A stretch of DNA of 64,000 nt, taken from NCBI GenBank assembly GCA_963842845.1, contig CAWJHZ010000011.1, positions 4,744-68,743 on the forward strand, read 5' to 3'. Below are positions 1 through 9,537 of this stretch, piece by piece; within the stretch, counting starts at the first letter, position 1, and every line of letters begins with the position of its first letter. The translations under genes were made by a program, and so were the position numbers. The notes beneath the pieces are model-generated. The model saw only the letters and a program-made list of their open reading frames with translations. It had not been told where the DNA came from and ran no database searches. Source of the DNA: an uncultured Chloroflexia bacterium. Lineage in GTDB: Bacteria; Chloroflexota; Dehalococcoidia; DSTF01; JALHUB01.

Positions 1-498
1 TACAAGGTCGTCGAGTGGGTCCCGCAGGACAGCCTCGACCCTGCGGTATTCGATTTGCCTGCCGATCTACCGAAAGCAACGTACGAGGAGTGGCAAACCG
101 AAATGACCGTCGACGAAGCACAAACCTTCAAGGACTTTGACGTTTACTATCTGGGCGATTCGTTCCAAGACCTGAAGCTCTACCAATTGCTCGAGTTTCG
201 CGATAGTGACGGCCCTCACTATGTCGCCGCCAATTATTCTCTAGATGGAACGGCTGCATCGCCCATGCTTCAGGTCACAAGCGAGTTGGAAGGCAAGAGT
301 ATCCAGAGCCCCTGGAACACGCCCGACCAGTCGAAGCAGGATGTGACGGTCGATGGCACGACTGGCTTTTACTATCCGCACAATGGTTTGTTCCTACAGC
401 AGGGCAACACGGTGATTCACGTGAGCGGGAGTGGTGAGGGCGGGACTGAGAATGTGATCCTGGCAGCGGGTGATGGCTTGCTGAGGCTGAATCAGTAA
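1..498 (+). CDS. hypothetical protein, 5'-truncated by window edge (possibly LolA/RseB-like or DUF4367-type C-terminal part)
   Basis: Frame is open from base 1 (YKVVEWVPQDSLDPAVFDLPAD...) to TAA at 498; family guess is weak. Confidence 0.6.
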   Translation, partial: YKVVEWVPQDSLDPAVFDLPADLPKATYEEWQTEMTVDEAQTFKDFDVYYLGDSFQDLKLYQLLEFRDSDGPHYVAANYSLDGTAASPMLQVTSELEGKSIQSPWNTPDQSKQDVTVDGTTGFYYPHNGLFLQQGNTVIHVSGSGEGGTENVILAAGDGLLRLNQ

Positions 499-585
499 GG
501 GGGGATGCCAGAACACTCTTCAACCGGCCGTCAAGAAGGTGTCAGTCTAGTCACCGCTCGTCAAAATTGCCCAAAAGACAACCGT

Positions 586-1842
586 TCAGGACACGTGCTG
601 GTCGATAAGCTGGCGCGCCGCGGCGAGCGCCAGCATATCGTTGGCGCCGTCCTCGATCAGCGCGGAACGCGCGTCGCGGAACAGCTTCTCGACGAGGCAG
701 CCCTTCGACAGCCCCATGCCGCCGAATAGCTGCACGGCGTCGCTCGCCACCTGGAAGGCCACCTCCGTGCAGTAGACCTTCGCCGCGATGCCCAGCCTCG
801 AGAGCGGCGGCATCGCCGTCGCGTTATAGGTGAGCGCCGCGCGCGAAAGCTGCCTTGCCGATTCCACCTTCACGAACATGTCGAAGAGCTTGCGCTGCAC
901 AAGCTGGTGCTCGCAGAGGAGCTTGCCTCCCTGCACCCGCTGCTTGCAATAGCCCATCGCCTCTTCGTAGGCGGCGCGGGCCAGGCCGGTGAAGCAGGCG
1001 CCCATGCCGCCGTTCGCGGTCGCCAGAACCATGTCGGCGGCGAGGACGTAAAGCTCCGGCTCCACGATGACATACTCTTTCGGGATGCGGACGTCGTCGA
1101 GGTAGACCTCGCCCTGGTTAAGGGCGCGCTGCCCCAGCTTGTTCAGCGGCTTCCCCCGGGAAACGCCGGGAAGGTCCAGCGGGACGATGGCGATGGCGCT
1201 AGCCGCCATTCCCTTCGAGCGGTCGACGGCGAAGTGGAGCATGGCGTGCGAGGCGATGGTGCCATTCGATACCCAGGCGGCCTTGGCCCCGCAGATCAGC
1301 CAGTCGTCGCCATCGCGACGGCCGCGGGTGTCGAAGGCCGTGCGTTCGTCGTTGACGTCGCCGATGCCGACGGCAAGGCAGTCGGAGCCATGCTGCGGCT
1401 CGGTGATCGCCCAGCAGCCGATGACCTTGGCCTCTCTGTCCCTGACGTAGGGCATCACTATCTCGTCAATGACCCGCTGGTTGCCGGTCATCTGGGCAGC
1501 GAGCAGCGCCGTGCTGAAAGGCATCGCGGCGGCGCCCAGCGATATGGCGAAGTCAGCGGCGCCCCAGCCCATCTCCTCGGCGACGATGTGGGCGTCGAGG
1601 CCCATCAGGTTCGCGCCACCCAGGTCTTCGGGCATCGCCATCAGGTGGCGCTCCAGCTCGTAGTGTTTGCGGTAGACCTGCCACAGCGGCGAGTCGGCGT
1701 CGATCACGGCTTGCGGGTCCGCCAGCGTGTCGAGTTCCAGGCTCGCCGGTCGCGCTATCTCCGCCGCGAAACGGTGGATTTCCTGCTTGAGGGTCTGCTG
1801 CGTCTCCGTCAGTTGGGGGTTGAGGTCGAGATAGGCGCTCAC
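586..1842 (-). CDS. acyl-CoA dehydrogenase
   Basis: WAITEPQHGSD, GAKAWVSNG, RVQGGK, AVQLFGGMG, FRDAR motifs; GTG at 1842 follows AAGGAG. Confidence 0.93.
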   Translation of the reverse strand: MSAYLDLNPQLTETQQTLKQEIHRFAAEIARPASLELDTLADPQAVIDADSPLWQVYRKHYELERHLMAMPEDLGGANLMGLDAHIVAEEMGWGAADFAISLGAAAMPFSTALLAAQMTGNQRVIDEIVMPYVRDREAKVIGCWAITEPQHGSDCLAVGIGDVNDERTAFDTRGRRDGDDWLICGAKAAWVSNGTIASHAMLHFAVDRSKGMAASAIAIVPLDLPGVSRGKPLNKLGQRALNQGEVYLDDVRIPKEYVIVEPELYVLAADMVLATANGGMGACFTGLARAAYEEAMGYCKQRVQGGKLLCEHQLVQRKLFDMFVKVESARQLSRAALTYNATAMPPLSRLGIAAKVYCTEVAFQVASDAVQLFGGMGLSKGCLVEKLFRDARSALIEDGANDMLALAAARQLIDQHVS

Positions 1843-1954
1843 ATTTCGCTCCTTCTGCCTGGGGCCGAGGCGATGAGCGGATGATTGCACAGACGGCGTT
1901 CGCGGGCAACCGTCATCGAGGAACTCTTGGAACGAGGCGTTCTCTCGGAGGAGA

Positions 1955-2791
1955 TTACCGTGTCACCAGCACCGCCGCCAGGACGAACACTGCCAGCCCC
2001 ACTCGATAGGCCACGAACGGGTAGAACGTGTGCGACCGAAGGAAACGCATCAGGAAACCTACGGTCATGTAGCCTACCAGCGCCGCCATAACGAAGCCGA
2101 TGATGAAGAACCGCAGGTCCTCGATGCCCAGCGTGCCGCGATGCGCCTCCTTGAGGGCATCGTAAACGCCTTTCGCACCCGCCCCGGCGACGATCGGCGC
2201 CGACAGCAGGAACGCAAACGTCGCCGCCTGCGCGCGGTCGAGGTTGGCGAACAGACCGGCCGACATAGTGATGCCCGAGCGCGACACGCCCGGAATGACC
2301 GCAATCGCTTGGGCTATGCCGACGAACAGCGCTTCCTTCGGGCCCAACTGCGCGGCGCGCAGCTTCCGAGTACCCAGGACTTCCGCCAGCACAAGCACGC
2401 CGGCGAAGATGATTAGCATGACCGCGATCGTGACCGGCTGGCTCAGCTTGTTCTCGATCGTAGTCTCAAAGAAGAAGCCGACGAATGCGCCCGGCACCGT
2501 CGCCAGGGCGATCAGCCAGGCGAGGCGGGAGTCGGTCGTCACGTCCCATTTACGAACGCGGATGCTCCCGATCCAGGCTGTGACCAGCCGGACGATCGTC
2601 GCCCAGAAGAAGATCAGAATAGCCAGCAGAGTTCCCAGGTGGAGCGCGGCGTCGAAGGGCAGCCCGAGTCGGCTTTCCGGCAGGTGCATCGCGTTCTCCA
2701 GCAGGACGAGATGGCCGGTGGACGATATAGGCAGGAACTCCGTCAGCCCCTGCGCTATTCCCAGAATTACAGCCTTGAGCAAGTCCGGCAT
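1955..2791 (-). CDS. uppP: undecaprenyl-diphosphate phosphatase
   Basis: QGLTEFLPISSTGHL and PGVSRSG motifs; multiple TM segments. Confidence 0.95.
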   Translation of the reverse strand: MPDLLKAVILGIAQGLTEFLPISSTGHLVLLENAMHLPESRLGLPFDAALHLGTLLAILIFFWATIVRLVTAWIGSIRVRKWDVTTDSRLAWLIALATVPGAFVGFFFETTIENKLSQPVTIAVMLIIFAGVLVLAEVLGTRKLRAAQLGPKEALFVGIAQAIAVIPGVSRSGITMSAGLFANLDRAQAATFAFLLSAPIVAGAGAKGVYDALKEAHRGTLGIEDLRFFIIGFVMAALVGYMTVGFLMRFLRSHTFYPFVAYRVGLAVFVLAAVLVTR

Positions 2792-2821
2792 TATGCCTCC
2801 GCCTCCCGCGCGACGATAGTG

Positions 2822-3607
2822 CTAGGTTCGGGCCGACCGTAGCCGCTGCGTCAGGGCGGGCAGCGCTTCGCCGGCGGGCGCTCGCAGCACGACCTGACTA
2901 AATGGCGAAAGGGGCGTCTCTTCCGGATTGACCTCGATAAGCGTGGCGCCGGCCCGAAGGGCGATGAGCGGAAACTCCGCCGCCGGATACACCACGGCCG
3001 ACGTGCCGACGAGCAGCATGCAGTCGCACATCTCCGTGTGGTTGTAGCAGGAGCGCAGCGCATCCGCCGGTATCGGCTCGCCGAACATCACCGTGTCGGT
3101 CTTCAAGATGCCGCGACAGCGGGGGCAAAGCGGTGGCACCTTCTCCAGCGGGAAGCCCTTAAGCGGAAAGCGGGAATTGCACTCGATGCAGCGCAGCTTG
3201 AGGCGATTGCCGTGGATCTCCGTGATCGCCGTGCTGCCGGCTTCCTGGTGCAGGTTGTCGATGTTCTGGGTGATCGTATGCTGCAGGAAGCCGAGCCGCT
3301 CCATCTCCGCCATCGCCTGATGCGCGGCGTTGGGCTTCGCGCCGTCCAGCGCCTTCATGAACTCCGCCAGCTCGTCGCGGTCGGAAAGGCGCTCTTCCCA
3401 CCAGCCTTTCGGGTCGTCCATGAAGCGCTGATAGCCGCTCATTGCCGGCTCGCCGATCTTCGTCCAGATGCCGCCCTGGCCGCGGAAGGGTGGGATGCCG
3501 CTTTCGACCGAGATGCCGGCACCGACGAGCGCGACAACATAGTTGGACAACGCCATCAGTCGTGCGGCGTCGTCCAGCGCTGTGTCGAGCTCGTTGCTTG
3601 TGGACAT
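2822..3607 (-). CDS. cobB: NAD-dependent protein deacylase (Sir2 family)
   Basis: GAGISVESGIPPFRG, TQNIDNLH, HG, CxxC..CxxC zinc site, VGTSAVVYPAA. Confidence 0.93.
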   Translation of the reverse strand: MSTSNELDTALDDAARLMALSNYVVALVGAGISVESGIPPFRGQGGIWTKIGEPAMSGYQRFMDDPKGWWEERLSDRDELAEFMKALDGAKPNAAHQAMAEMERLGFLQHTITQNIDNLHQEAGSTAITEIHGNRLKLRCIECNSRFPLKGFPLEKVPPLCPRCRGILKTDTVMFGEPIPADALRSCYNHTEMCDCMLLVGTSAVVYPAAEFPLIALRAGATLIEVNPEETPLSPFSQVVLRAPAGEALPALTQRLRSART

Positions 3608-3684
3608 AATCTTGCTGAAGCCCTTTAACCCATCATAGCGCCGCGCCGGTTGCTTCTCAAGCAGCGTTGGCCCACAGAGGAGCC

Positions 3685-3939
3685 CTATCCGCGCACCGCG
3701 CCCACGCGCATGGGATGCACTTCGTAGCTGCCGAGGCCAGCTTTAGTTACCGGATCGCCAGCGATGAGCCCGCGCACCTCCTCTTCCGACTCCGCCTCGA
3801 TGACGGCCATGCCGAAGACGCCGTTCGGGTCTATCACTGGCCCAAAGACGACGACTTTGCCTCTCTCGGTCCAACCCGTCCAGTAGCCGGCGTGCTCGCG
3901 CATTACGGCCAGCTCCGCGTCGGTGATGTCGCCCGGGAG
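3685..3939 (-). pseudogene. YciI-family protein lacking its N-terminus
   Basis: PGDITDAELAVMREHAGYW..GPVIDP..DP resembles YciI; an in-frame TAA lies just upstream where GC drops sharply. Confidence 0.6.
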
Positions 3940-4104
3940 AAGAACTTACTAATCTTGCGTGCTTAGACAAAAATGGGCTGGGCCAGCAATCAGAAAAGCG
4001 AATGATTTAGTAAATAAACTCATTGCAAAAGGTTCGTAGATGAGCACAAAGATTTGATAAAGAAGTAGGTGGGTAAATCTTTGCTTCTGGCCTCGCCTTT
4101 AGGG

Positions 4105-4479
4105 TCATTTTGTTGATTTCTTAGCAAGGTTGTGGGCCACGGCAGAGCGAACTACGTCCCTCAGCTCGCGCTCCTTGATAGTGTCGCCTTGGAAATAGTC
4201 GATGGTCCGCCACTTCTTGCCCTCAAGCCCGTTGTTGTAGAGCTTGTCCGGGTCCGCGATACTCGCGCCTTCGTAAAACGTCAGCTTCACCTTATCTTTA
4301 AAAGCATTGGCAATACAGACTATTCCGCCGTGGGACCAGACCGGAGTGCCCATCCATTTCCATTCCTCGACTATCTCCGGATCCGCGTCGAGGATGATCC
4401 TCCGAATGTCGGCGAATGTCTTGCCGCGCCAGTCGGTCAGTTCTGCAATTAGCTTATCAATATGTTCGTTCGGTTTCAT
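4105..4479 (-). CDS. DUF1801 (YdhG-like) domain protein
   Basis: DWRG..IRRIILDADPEIVEEWKWMGTPVW..KVKLTFYEGA; lower GC than neighbours. Confidence 0.88.
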   Translation of the reverse strand: MKPNEHIDKLIAELTDWRGKTFADIRRIILDADPEIVEEWKWMGTPVWSHGGIVCIANAFKDKVKLTFYEGASIADPDKLYNNGLEGKKWRTIDYFQGDTIKERELRDVVRSAVAHNLAKKSTK

Positions 4480-4542
4480 GATATGTTTTTAACCTTGGCT
4501 TTGTAGGAAGAAGAACTGCGTGTTCGGGATCACGCTTATAGC

Positions 4543-5292
4543 CTATTTCCAGCCGCTGCGGGCGCCGGCGGTCATCGCCAGCGGTCCCACCGGCCAGTTG
4601 AAGCCGTACACCATCGCCTTGTTGATGTCGTCCTCTGTAGCCACGCCCTCTTCCAGGATCTTCCGGGCTTCCGCCACGGCCGCGTAGTAGATGCGGTTGG
4701 CGACGAATCCGTACTTCCCCGGAGCGTCCTTCACCCGAATCGTCACCTTCCCCGCCTTCTCGCCGACCGCCTCCAGCCGCCGCACCGTCTCCTCCGACGT
4801 CTCGGCAGTGTAGATTATCTCGACGAGCTTCATCGCGGGCACCGGGCTGAACCAGTGCATGCCGGCGAAGCGCTCCTTGCGCGAGACCGCCGGGCTCAGG
4901 TCGGCGAGGGCGAACCCCGACGTGTTCGTAGCGATGACGGTGTCCGGTCTTACGAGCGCATCCAGCTCAGCGAAGACCTTGCGCTTCAGGTCGAGGTTCT
5001 CGGGCACCGCTTCGATGAGCAGGTCGACGCCGCGCAGCTCGCCCATCTCCGTCGTGAAGGCGATCCTGGCGAGCGCCGTCTCCATGTCGGCGTCGGTCAG
5101 CTTGCCACGTTGCACGCCGGCCCGCAGCCCGAACCGCCCGTCGACAATCGTCTCTCGCGTCTTGTCGAGCAGCTCCGGCGTCAGGTCGCGCAGGACGATT
5201 CGATAGCCGGCAACCGCCAGCACCTGCGCGATTCCGCCGCCCATAACGCCGCCGCCCAACATACCTACCGTCGTTATCTCTTCTGAAGCCAT
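4543..5292 (-). CDS. 3-hydroxyacyl-CoA dehydrogenase family protein
   Basis: GGGVMGGGIA, EAVPENLDLK, TNTS, GMHWFSPV, GFVANR. Confidence 0.92.
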   Translation of the reverse strand: MASEEITTVGMLGGGVMGGGIAQVLAVAGYRIVLRDLTPELLDKTRETIVDGRFGLRAGVQRGKLTDADMETALARIAFTTEMGELRGVDLLIEAVPENLDLKRKVFAELDALVRPDTVIATNTSGFALADLSPAVSRKERFAGMHWFSPVPAMKLVEIIYTAETSEETVRRLEAVGEKAGKVTIRVKDAPGKYGFVANRIYYAAVAEARKILEEGVATEDDINKAMVYGFNWPVGPLAMTAGARSGWK

Positions 5293-5333
5293 GACTCCTC
5301 CCATTTCTGTTCGGCGGGCCGTCGCCGCGCTTT

Positions 5334-6635
5334 CTACGTGCAGATTCGCCTCACGATCTCATACAGCATCCGGACGCCCGTGGCCAGCTTCTCGACGGGG
5401 ATCCGCTCGTCGTTGCCGTGCATCGTGGCCAGCTCCGCCGGTTCCAGCAGGCAGGGAACGAAGCCGTAAGCGGTGACGCCGCGCCGCCGGAAAGCCCGCG
5501 AGTCGGTGAAGCCGGTCGCGATCGCGGGGACGACGGCGGCGTCGGGGACCGCCTCGCGCGTGACCGCTTCGATGGTCCGGAACAGCTCCGTCTCCGCCGG
5601 CGAGATGGGCGTGTGCGACTCCATCATCTGTTCGACCTGCACTCGCGGGTCGCCTATCGTCGCCTTCAGACGCTCGATGAAGGCCGCGGGCTCGTGGCCG
5701 GGCAGCAGCCGGCAGTCCAGCGACGCCTCGGCGACCGAGGGAATGACGTTGGACTTGACGCCGGAGTGGAACTCCGTGGTGCTCACCGTGTCGGTCAGGA
5801 GCGCCGACAGCAGCGGGTTGTCGTTGGCCAGGGGGGCGAGCGCCGCCTCTGATATCTCTTCGTCGAAGAGGCCCGCTTTCCGCAGGCACGCCAGCATCGC
5901 CCGCACCTCCGGCAGAAGCGTGACCGGCCGCCGCCACGACTGGATGTTGTAGAGCGCGCGGACCAGCCGGTCCAGGCAGTTGTCAGCGTGCGGCACCGAA
6001 CCGTGGCCGGGCGCGCCATGGGTGACCAGTCGCAGCCAGAGCGGCCCCTTCTCACCGACCGAGCAGGAGAAAACAGGGCGTTTCACTCCGAACATCTCCG
6101 TGCTGCCGAAGCCGCCCTCGTTTATCACGTACTCAGCGTCGAACAGCTCGGGATGGTTGGCGTCCAGCCAGTCGATGCCGCGGATGCCGCCCTGCTCCTC
6201 GTCGGCGCAGGCGAGAAAGAGAATGTCGCGCGTGAGCCGCAGCCCCTGTCGCTTCAGGAGGAGCAGCGTCATCAGCTCCATGACGGCCATCGACTTCATG
6301 TCGAGGGCGCCGCGGCCCCAGACGACGCCATCCTTGACCAGCCCGGCGAACGGGTCGACCTGCCAGAACTCGCGCTCGGCCGGGACGACGTCGATATGGT
6401 TGAGGAGGACGAGCGGCCGCTTTGAGACGTCGCCGTGGAGCCGTGCTGCCAGGTTCGCGCGCTCCGGCTCCGACGCGTGCGTCTCGCTCGTGATGCCGTT
6501 GTCTCGGAGGACGCCTGCCAGGAACTCGGCGCCGGCGCGCTCGTTGCCCGGCGGGTTGCTTGTGTTAATGGCGATGTAGCGGCAGAGGAGGCCCGTCGCC
6601 TCGCGCGTCACGCCGTCCCAGGAGATATCCGGCAC
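5334..6635 (-). CDS. M20/M25/M40 family metallo-hydrolase
   Basis: HIDVVP, GRGALDMK, DEEQGG, GHGS, HGNDERI. Confidence 0.92.
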   Translation of the reverse strand: MPDISWDGVTREATGLLCRYIAINTSNPPGNERAGAEFLAGVLRDNGITSETHASEPERANLAARLHGDVSKRPLVLLNHIDVVPAEREFWQVDPFAGLVKDGVVWGRGALDMKSMAVMELMTLLLLKRQGLRLTRDILFLACADEEQGGIRGIDWLDANHPELFDAEYVINEGGFGSTEMFGVKRPVFSCSVGEKGPLWLRLVTHGAPGHGSVPHADNCLDRLVRALYNIQSWRRPVTLLPEVRAMLACLRKAGLFDEEISEAALAPLANDNPLLSALLTDTVSTTEFHSGVKSNVIPSVAEASLDCRLLPGHEPAAFIERLKATIGDPRVQVEQMMESHTPISPAETELFRTIEAVTREAVPDAAVVPAIATGFTDSRAFRRRGVTAYGFVPCLLEPAELATMHGNDERIPVEKLATGVRMLYEIVRRICT

Positions 6636-6765
6636 TATGGCGTCCTTTTCCGTGAGCGGGGTTTAGCCGAATCATAACGCCTGCGACACTAAGGCTGTAG
6701 CCGCGCCCGATCTTCCGCGACTCGACGTCCTCCCGCCGAATTTCGGAAGAACTCCAGAAACCCTC

Positions 6766-6813
6766 TTGACAAGCCGACAATACCTAGCTAAGCTATATAT
6801 GTAGCGAGGCTAG
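6766..6813 (+). promoter_or_regulatory. sigma70-like promoter overlapped by an inverted-repeat operator (padR-arsM)
   Basis: TTGACA-N17-TAAGCT (6766-6794); inverted repeat CTAGC-taa-GCTA-tatatg-TAGC-gag-GCTAG (6784-6813). Confidence 0.65.
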
Positions 6814-6832
6814 CTATCTGAGAGGAGGCCAC

Positions 6833-7255
6833 GTGGAAGCGCGCAGCAACGACTACTGGGAGATGCTCATCAATCGCAGCGTGCAGCGGTTCTTCCTCCT
6901 TTTCGCCCTGCATGAGCGCCCGCGCCACGGCTATGAGCTGGCCCGGGCGATTCGCGAAGCCTGCGCCGGCTGCTGCGATCCCACCGACGCCATGATTTAC
7001 CCGGCGTTGCGTGAGCTCGTTGACGGCGGGTACGTGGATTGCCGCGACGAGGTCGTCGGCGGGCGGACGCGCAAGGTCTGCCGCCTCACGGACCAGGGCG
7101 AGGAAGCGTATCGAGCGGCCGCTACGGCCTGGCAGCATATGCTGTCGCCGCTCAACCGCGCCATCGACGCCGCGCTGCAGCCGTCGACGAAGGAGACGAC
7201 GCCTTGCTGCTCTGCGATGGCCATGAAACGACCTGCGAAGTCAAAAGGAGACTGA
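6833..7255 (+). CDS. PadR-family transcriptional regulator, Cys-rich
   Basis: HGYEL..IYPALREL..G..RKV..LT..G wHTH signature; CAGCC and C-terminal CC. Confidence 0.88.
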   Translation: MEARSNDYWEMLINRSVQRFFLLFALHERPRHGYELARAIREACAGCCDPTDAMIYPALRELVDGGYVDCRDEVVGGRTRKVCRLTDQGEEAYRAAATAWQHMLSPLNRAIDAALQPSTKETTPCCSAMAMKRPAKSKGD

Positions 7256-7256
7256 G

Positions 7257-8075
7257 ATGCCCGAGAACAACGCCGAAGATATCAAACAGGCGGTCTTGAG
7301 CCGTTACAGCCTGCACGCCCAGCGACGCCTCGCTGCGCTCCAGGAAACCGGCACGTCGTCCTGTTGCGGTACGCCGGCACCCGCCGAGGAGAGCTGCCCC
7401 TGCTGCGGTGAGACCGACAACCTCGATGCCCTGGCCGACGCTAACGTCGCGGGGGCGCTGTACTCCGCCGAAGAGCTGCGCGACCTGCCGGAGGACGTGC
7501 TCACCTCGCTGGGCTGCGGCAATCCCACCGCCATCGCCGGCCTCGAGAAGGGCGAATCGGTGCTGGACCTGGGCAGCGGCGGCGGCCTCGACTGCTTTCT
7601 CGCCGCGGGTAAGGTCGGGCCGGCGGGCAAGGTTGTTGGCCTCGATATGAGCGCCGACATGATTCAGCTCGCCCGGCGCAATGCCGGCCGTGTCGGCGCC
7701 GAGAACGTGCGCTTCCGGCTCGGCGAGATGGAGGACATGCCCTTCGACGACGCCTCCTTCAACGTCATCATCTCCAACTGCGTCATCAACCTGTCGCCGG
7801 ACAAGGACGCCGTCCTCGGCGAGGCGCATCGCGTCCTGAAGCCCGGCGGGCGGCTGCGCGCCTCCGACATCGTCTGGGCCCGGGAGCCGACGGAGCAGCA
7901 GCGCGCGGACCTGGCGAGCTGGACCGCCTGCGTCGCTGGCGCCCTTACCGAAGTCGACTACGTCGCCAAGCTTCAGAACGCGGGGTTCGAGGACATAAGC
8001 GTCCAGCCGAAGGAGGGGACTGCGCCGGACAGCGCCCTCTTCAGCGCCTACATCTCAGCGTCGAAGAAGAGCTAG
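7257..8075 (+). CDS. arsM: arsenite S-adenosylmethyltransferase
   Basis: SLGCGNP, VLDLGSGGGLDC, ISNCVINLSPDK, WTACVAGAL; N-terminal CC pairs. Confidence 0.92.
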   Translation: MPENNAEDIKQAVLSRYSLHAQRRLAALQETGTSSCCGTPAPAEESCPCCGETDNLDALADANVAGALYSAEELRDLPEDVLTSLGCGNPTAIAGLEKGESVLDLGSGGGLDCFLAAGKVGPAGKVVGLDMSADMIQLARRNAGRVGAENVRFRLGEMEDMPFDDASFNVIISNCVINLSPDKDAVLGEAHRVLKPGGRLRASDIVWAREPTEQQRADLASWTACVAGALTEVDYVAKLQNAGFEDISVQPKEGTAPDSALFSAYISASKKS

Positions 8076-8162
8076 GGCAAGACGCTCCGCAGTTCCGCGA
8101 AGCTCCGCAGAGTCATAGGCGAAAGAGCGCTTGACTGGCGGCAAGACAGCGCTATACTGCTG

Positions 8163-9419
8163 GTGACTGCTATGAAGGCACGACTCTTCGCTGTAGGACT
8201 GGCGTTGTGTGCGCTAGTCGTTTCCATGGGGACGATAGGTTGCCACAAGCAATCGCAGAGCAGCGCCCCGGATCTATCGGTGAGCGGCGGTGTGTCCTCG
8301 GGGCTCGATTTCGTCCAGGGCCTCTTCAACGGCACAATGAAGACGGCCACCAGCGGCGAAGGTGAGGACACCGATCTCAAGGCCGCTTTGCTCACCCAGG
8401 CCGACCTTCCGCCCGGCTACGCCAGCCCGATGGGCGACATGAGGATGACGGGCGAGACACCTGCCGGTCCGATGCGCGGAATCGCGCGTCAGTTCGCGCA
8501 GCAAGATCCGGCCAACCCGGCGCGAAGCTCGGGTGTCATGGCTATGGCCTTCTCAGGGCTCTCCGGAATGAACAATCTCAATTCCGAAGATGACAAGAAG
8601 AGGGCGGACAAGTCCGGACTGTACAAGTCGACGGAGGCGCTTGACACGTCGGGCATTGGCGAAAGTAGCTCCGGCCTGCGAACGGTAAGCGACCTCGGGG
8701 TGAGCGAGCAGATCATGTGGGTGCGAGGTGACACTACTTATATGCTCTTCCTGATGAACCCCGAGGGCTGGCCAAATCCTCTCGATGGTGTGGCGTTGAG
8801 CAGAATCATGGACGACCGTGCGTCCGGCAAAGCTCCGATCCCGAGCCCGAATCCAACCCCGGCCGCACCGGCCGCAATTCCTGGCGTCGGAGGCCCGAGC
8901 GCACTTTTTGGCGGCGCAACTCCCAAAATGGATTCGGATCCGCCTCCAGCCGACCTGACGGTGCTTCTCCTCACCGACGAAGATCTCCCATCCGGTTTTG
9001 AAGCTATCGTGAAAGACATGCACCTGACGGCGGATGCGGCGACAGGCCCAGCCGACGTCGCTTGCAGCATATTCATGAAGCAAGGCGAAAGCGGCGTGGA
9101 GGGTAGCATAATGCTGATGGTCTACGCCTACGCGTCTCCACCCTCGAACTCACCCGCTAGCTGCGAGGCAATGCAAAACTACGCGACCCAGACCGGCGCG
9201 TACCAAGCTGTTGAGGGTCTGGACACATCTGGGCTAGGGGACGAAAGCTGTGGCGTCCGCACACTCTCAGATGAAGGCATCATGGATACGTATGTGTGGT
9301 CGCGTGGCAGCCGCTACTACATGCTGATGCTGGATGAGTTGAAGTCCACGACGCAATCCGTGGATGGCTTGGCGCTCGCCAAGATCATGGATAGCCGGGC
9401 GCAAGCCGCCTCAAACTAA
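8163..9419 (+). CDS. putative lipoprotein with two tandem copies of an uncharacterised domain
   Basis: Signal peptide ending TIG|C; internal repeat DLxxxLLTxxDLPxGY/F ... DGxALxxIMDxRA; Pro-rich linker; start may be ATG at 8172. Confidence 0.8.
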   Translation: MTAMKARLFAVGLALCALVVSMGTIGCHKQSQSSAPDLSVSGGVSSGLDFVQGLFNGTMKTATSGEGEDTDLKAALLTQADLPPGYASPMGDMRMTGETPAGPMRGIARQFAQQDPANPARSSGVMAMAFSGLSGMNNLNSEDDKKRADKSGLYKSTEALDTSGIGESSSGLRTVSDLGVSEQIMWVRGDTTYMLFLMNPEGWPNPLDGVALSRIMDDRASGKAPIPSPNPTPAAPAAIPGVGGPSALFGGATPKMDSDPPPADLTVLLLTDEDLPSGFEAIVKDMHLTADAATGPADVACSIFMKQGESGVEGSIMLMVYAYASPPSNSPASCEAMQNYATQTGAYQAVEGLDTSGLGDESCGVRTLSDEGIMDTYVWSRGSRYYMLMLDELKSTTQSVDGLALAKIMDSRAQAASN

Positions 9420-9456
9420 CCCCCTCCGCCCGGCTGACTGCGGCTTCTCGGCGTTC

Positions 9457-9485
9457 TTGACGAGTATCTCTACGGCTGTCACAAT
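9457..9485 (+). promoter_or_regulatory. sigma70-like promoter
   Basis: TTGACG-N17-CACAAT upstream of the lipoprotein gene. Confidence 0.45.
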
Positions 9486-9537
9486 ACGGCAGTCCTCGCG
9501 CGAGCTCCGCAACGGCCCTAGCGAAAGGAACAGGGGT

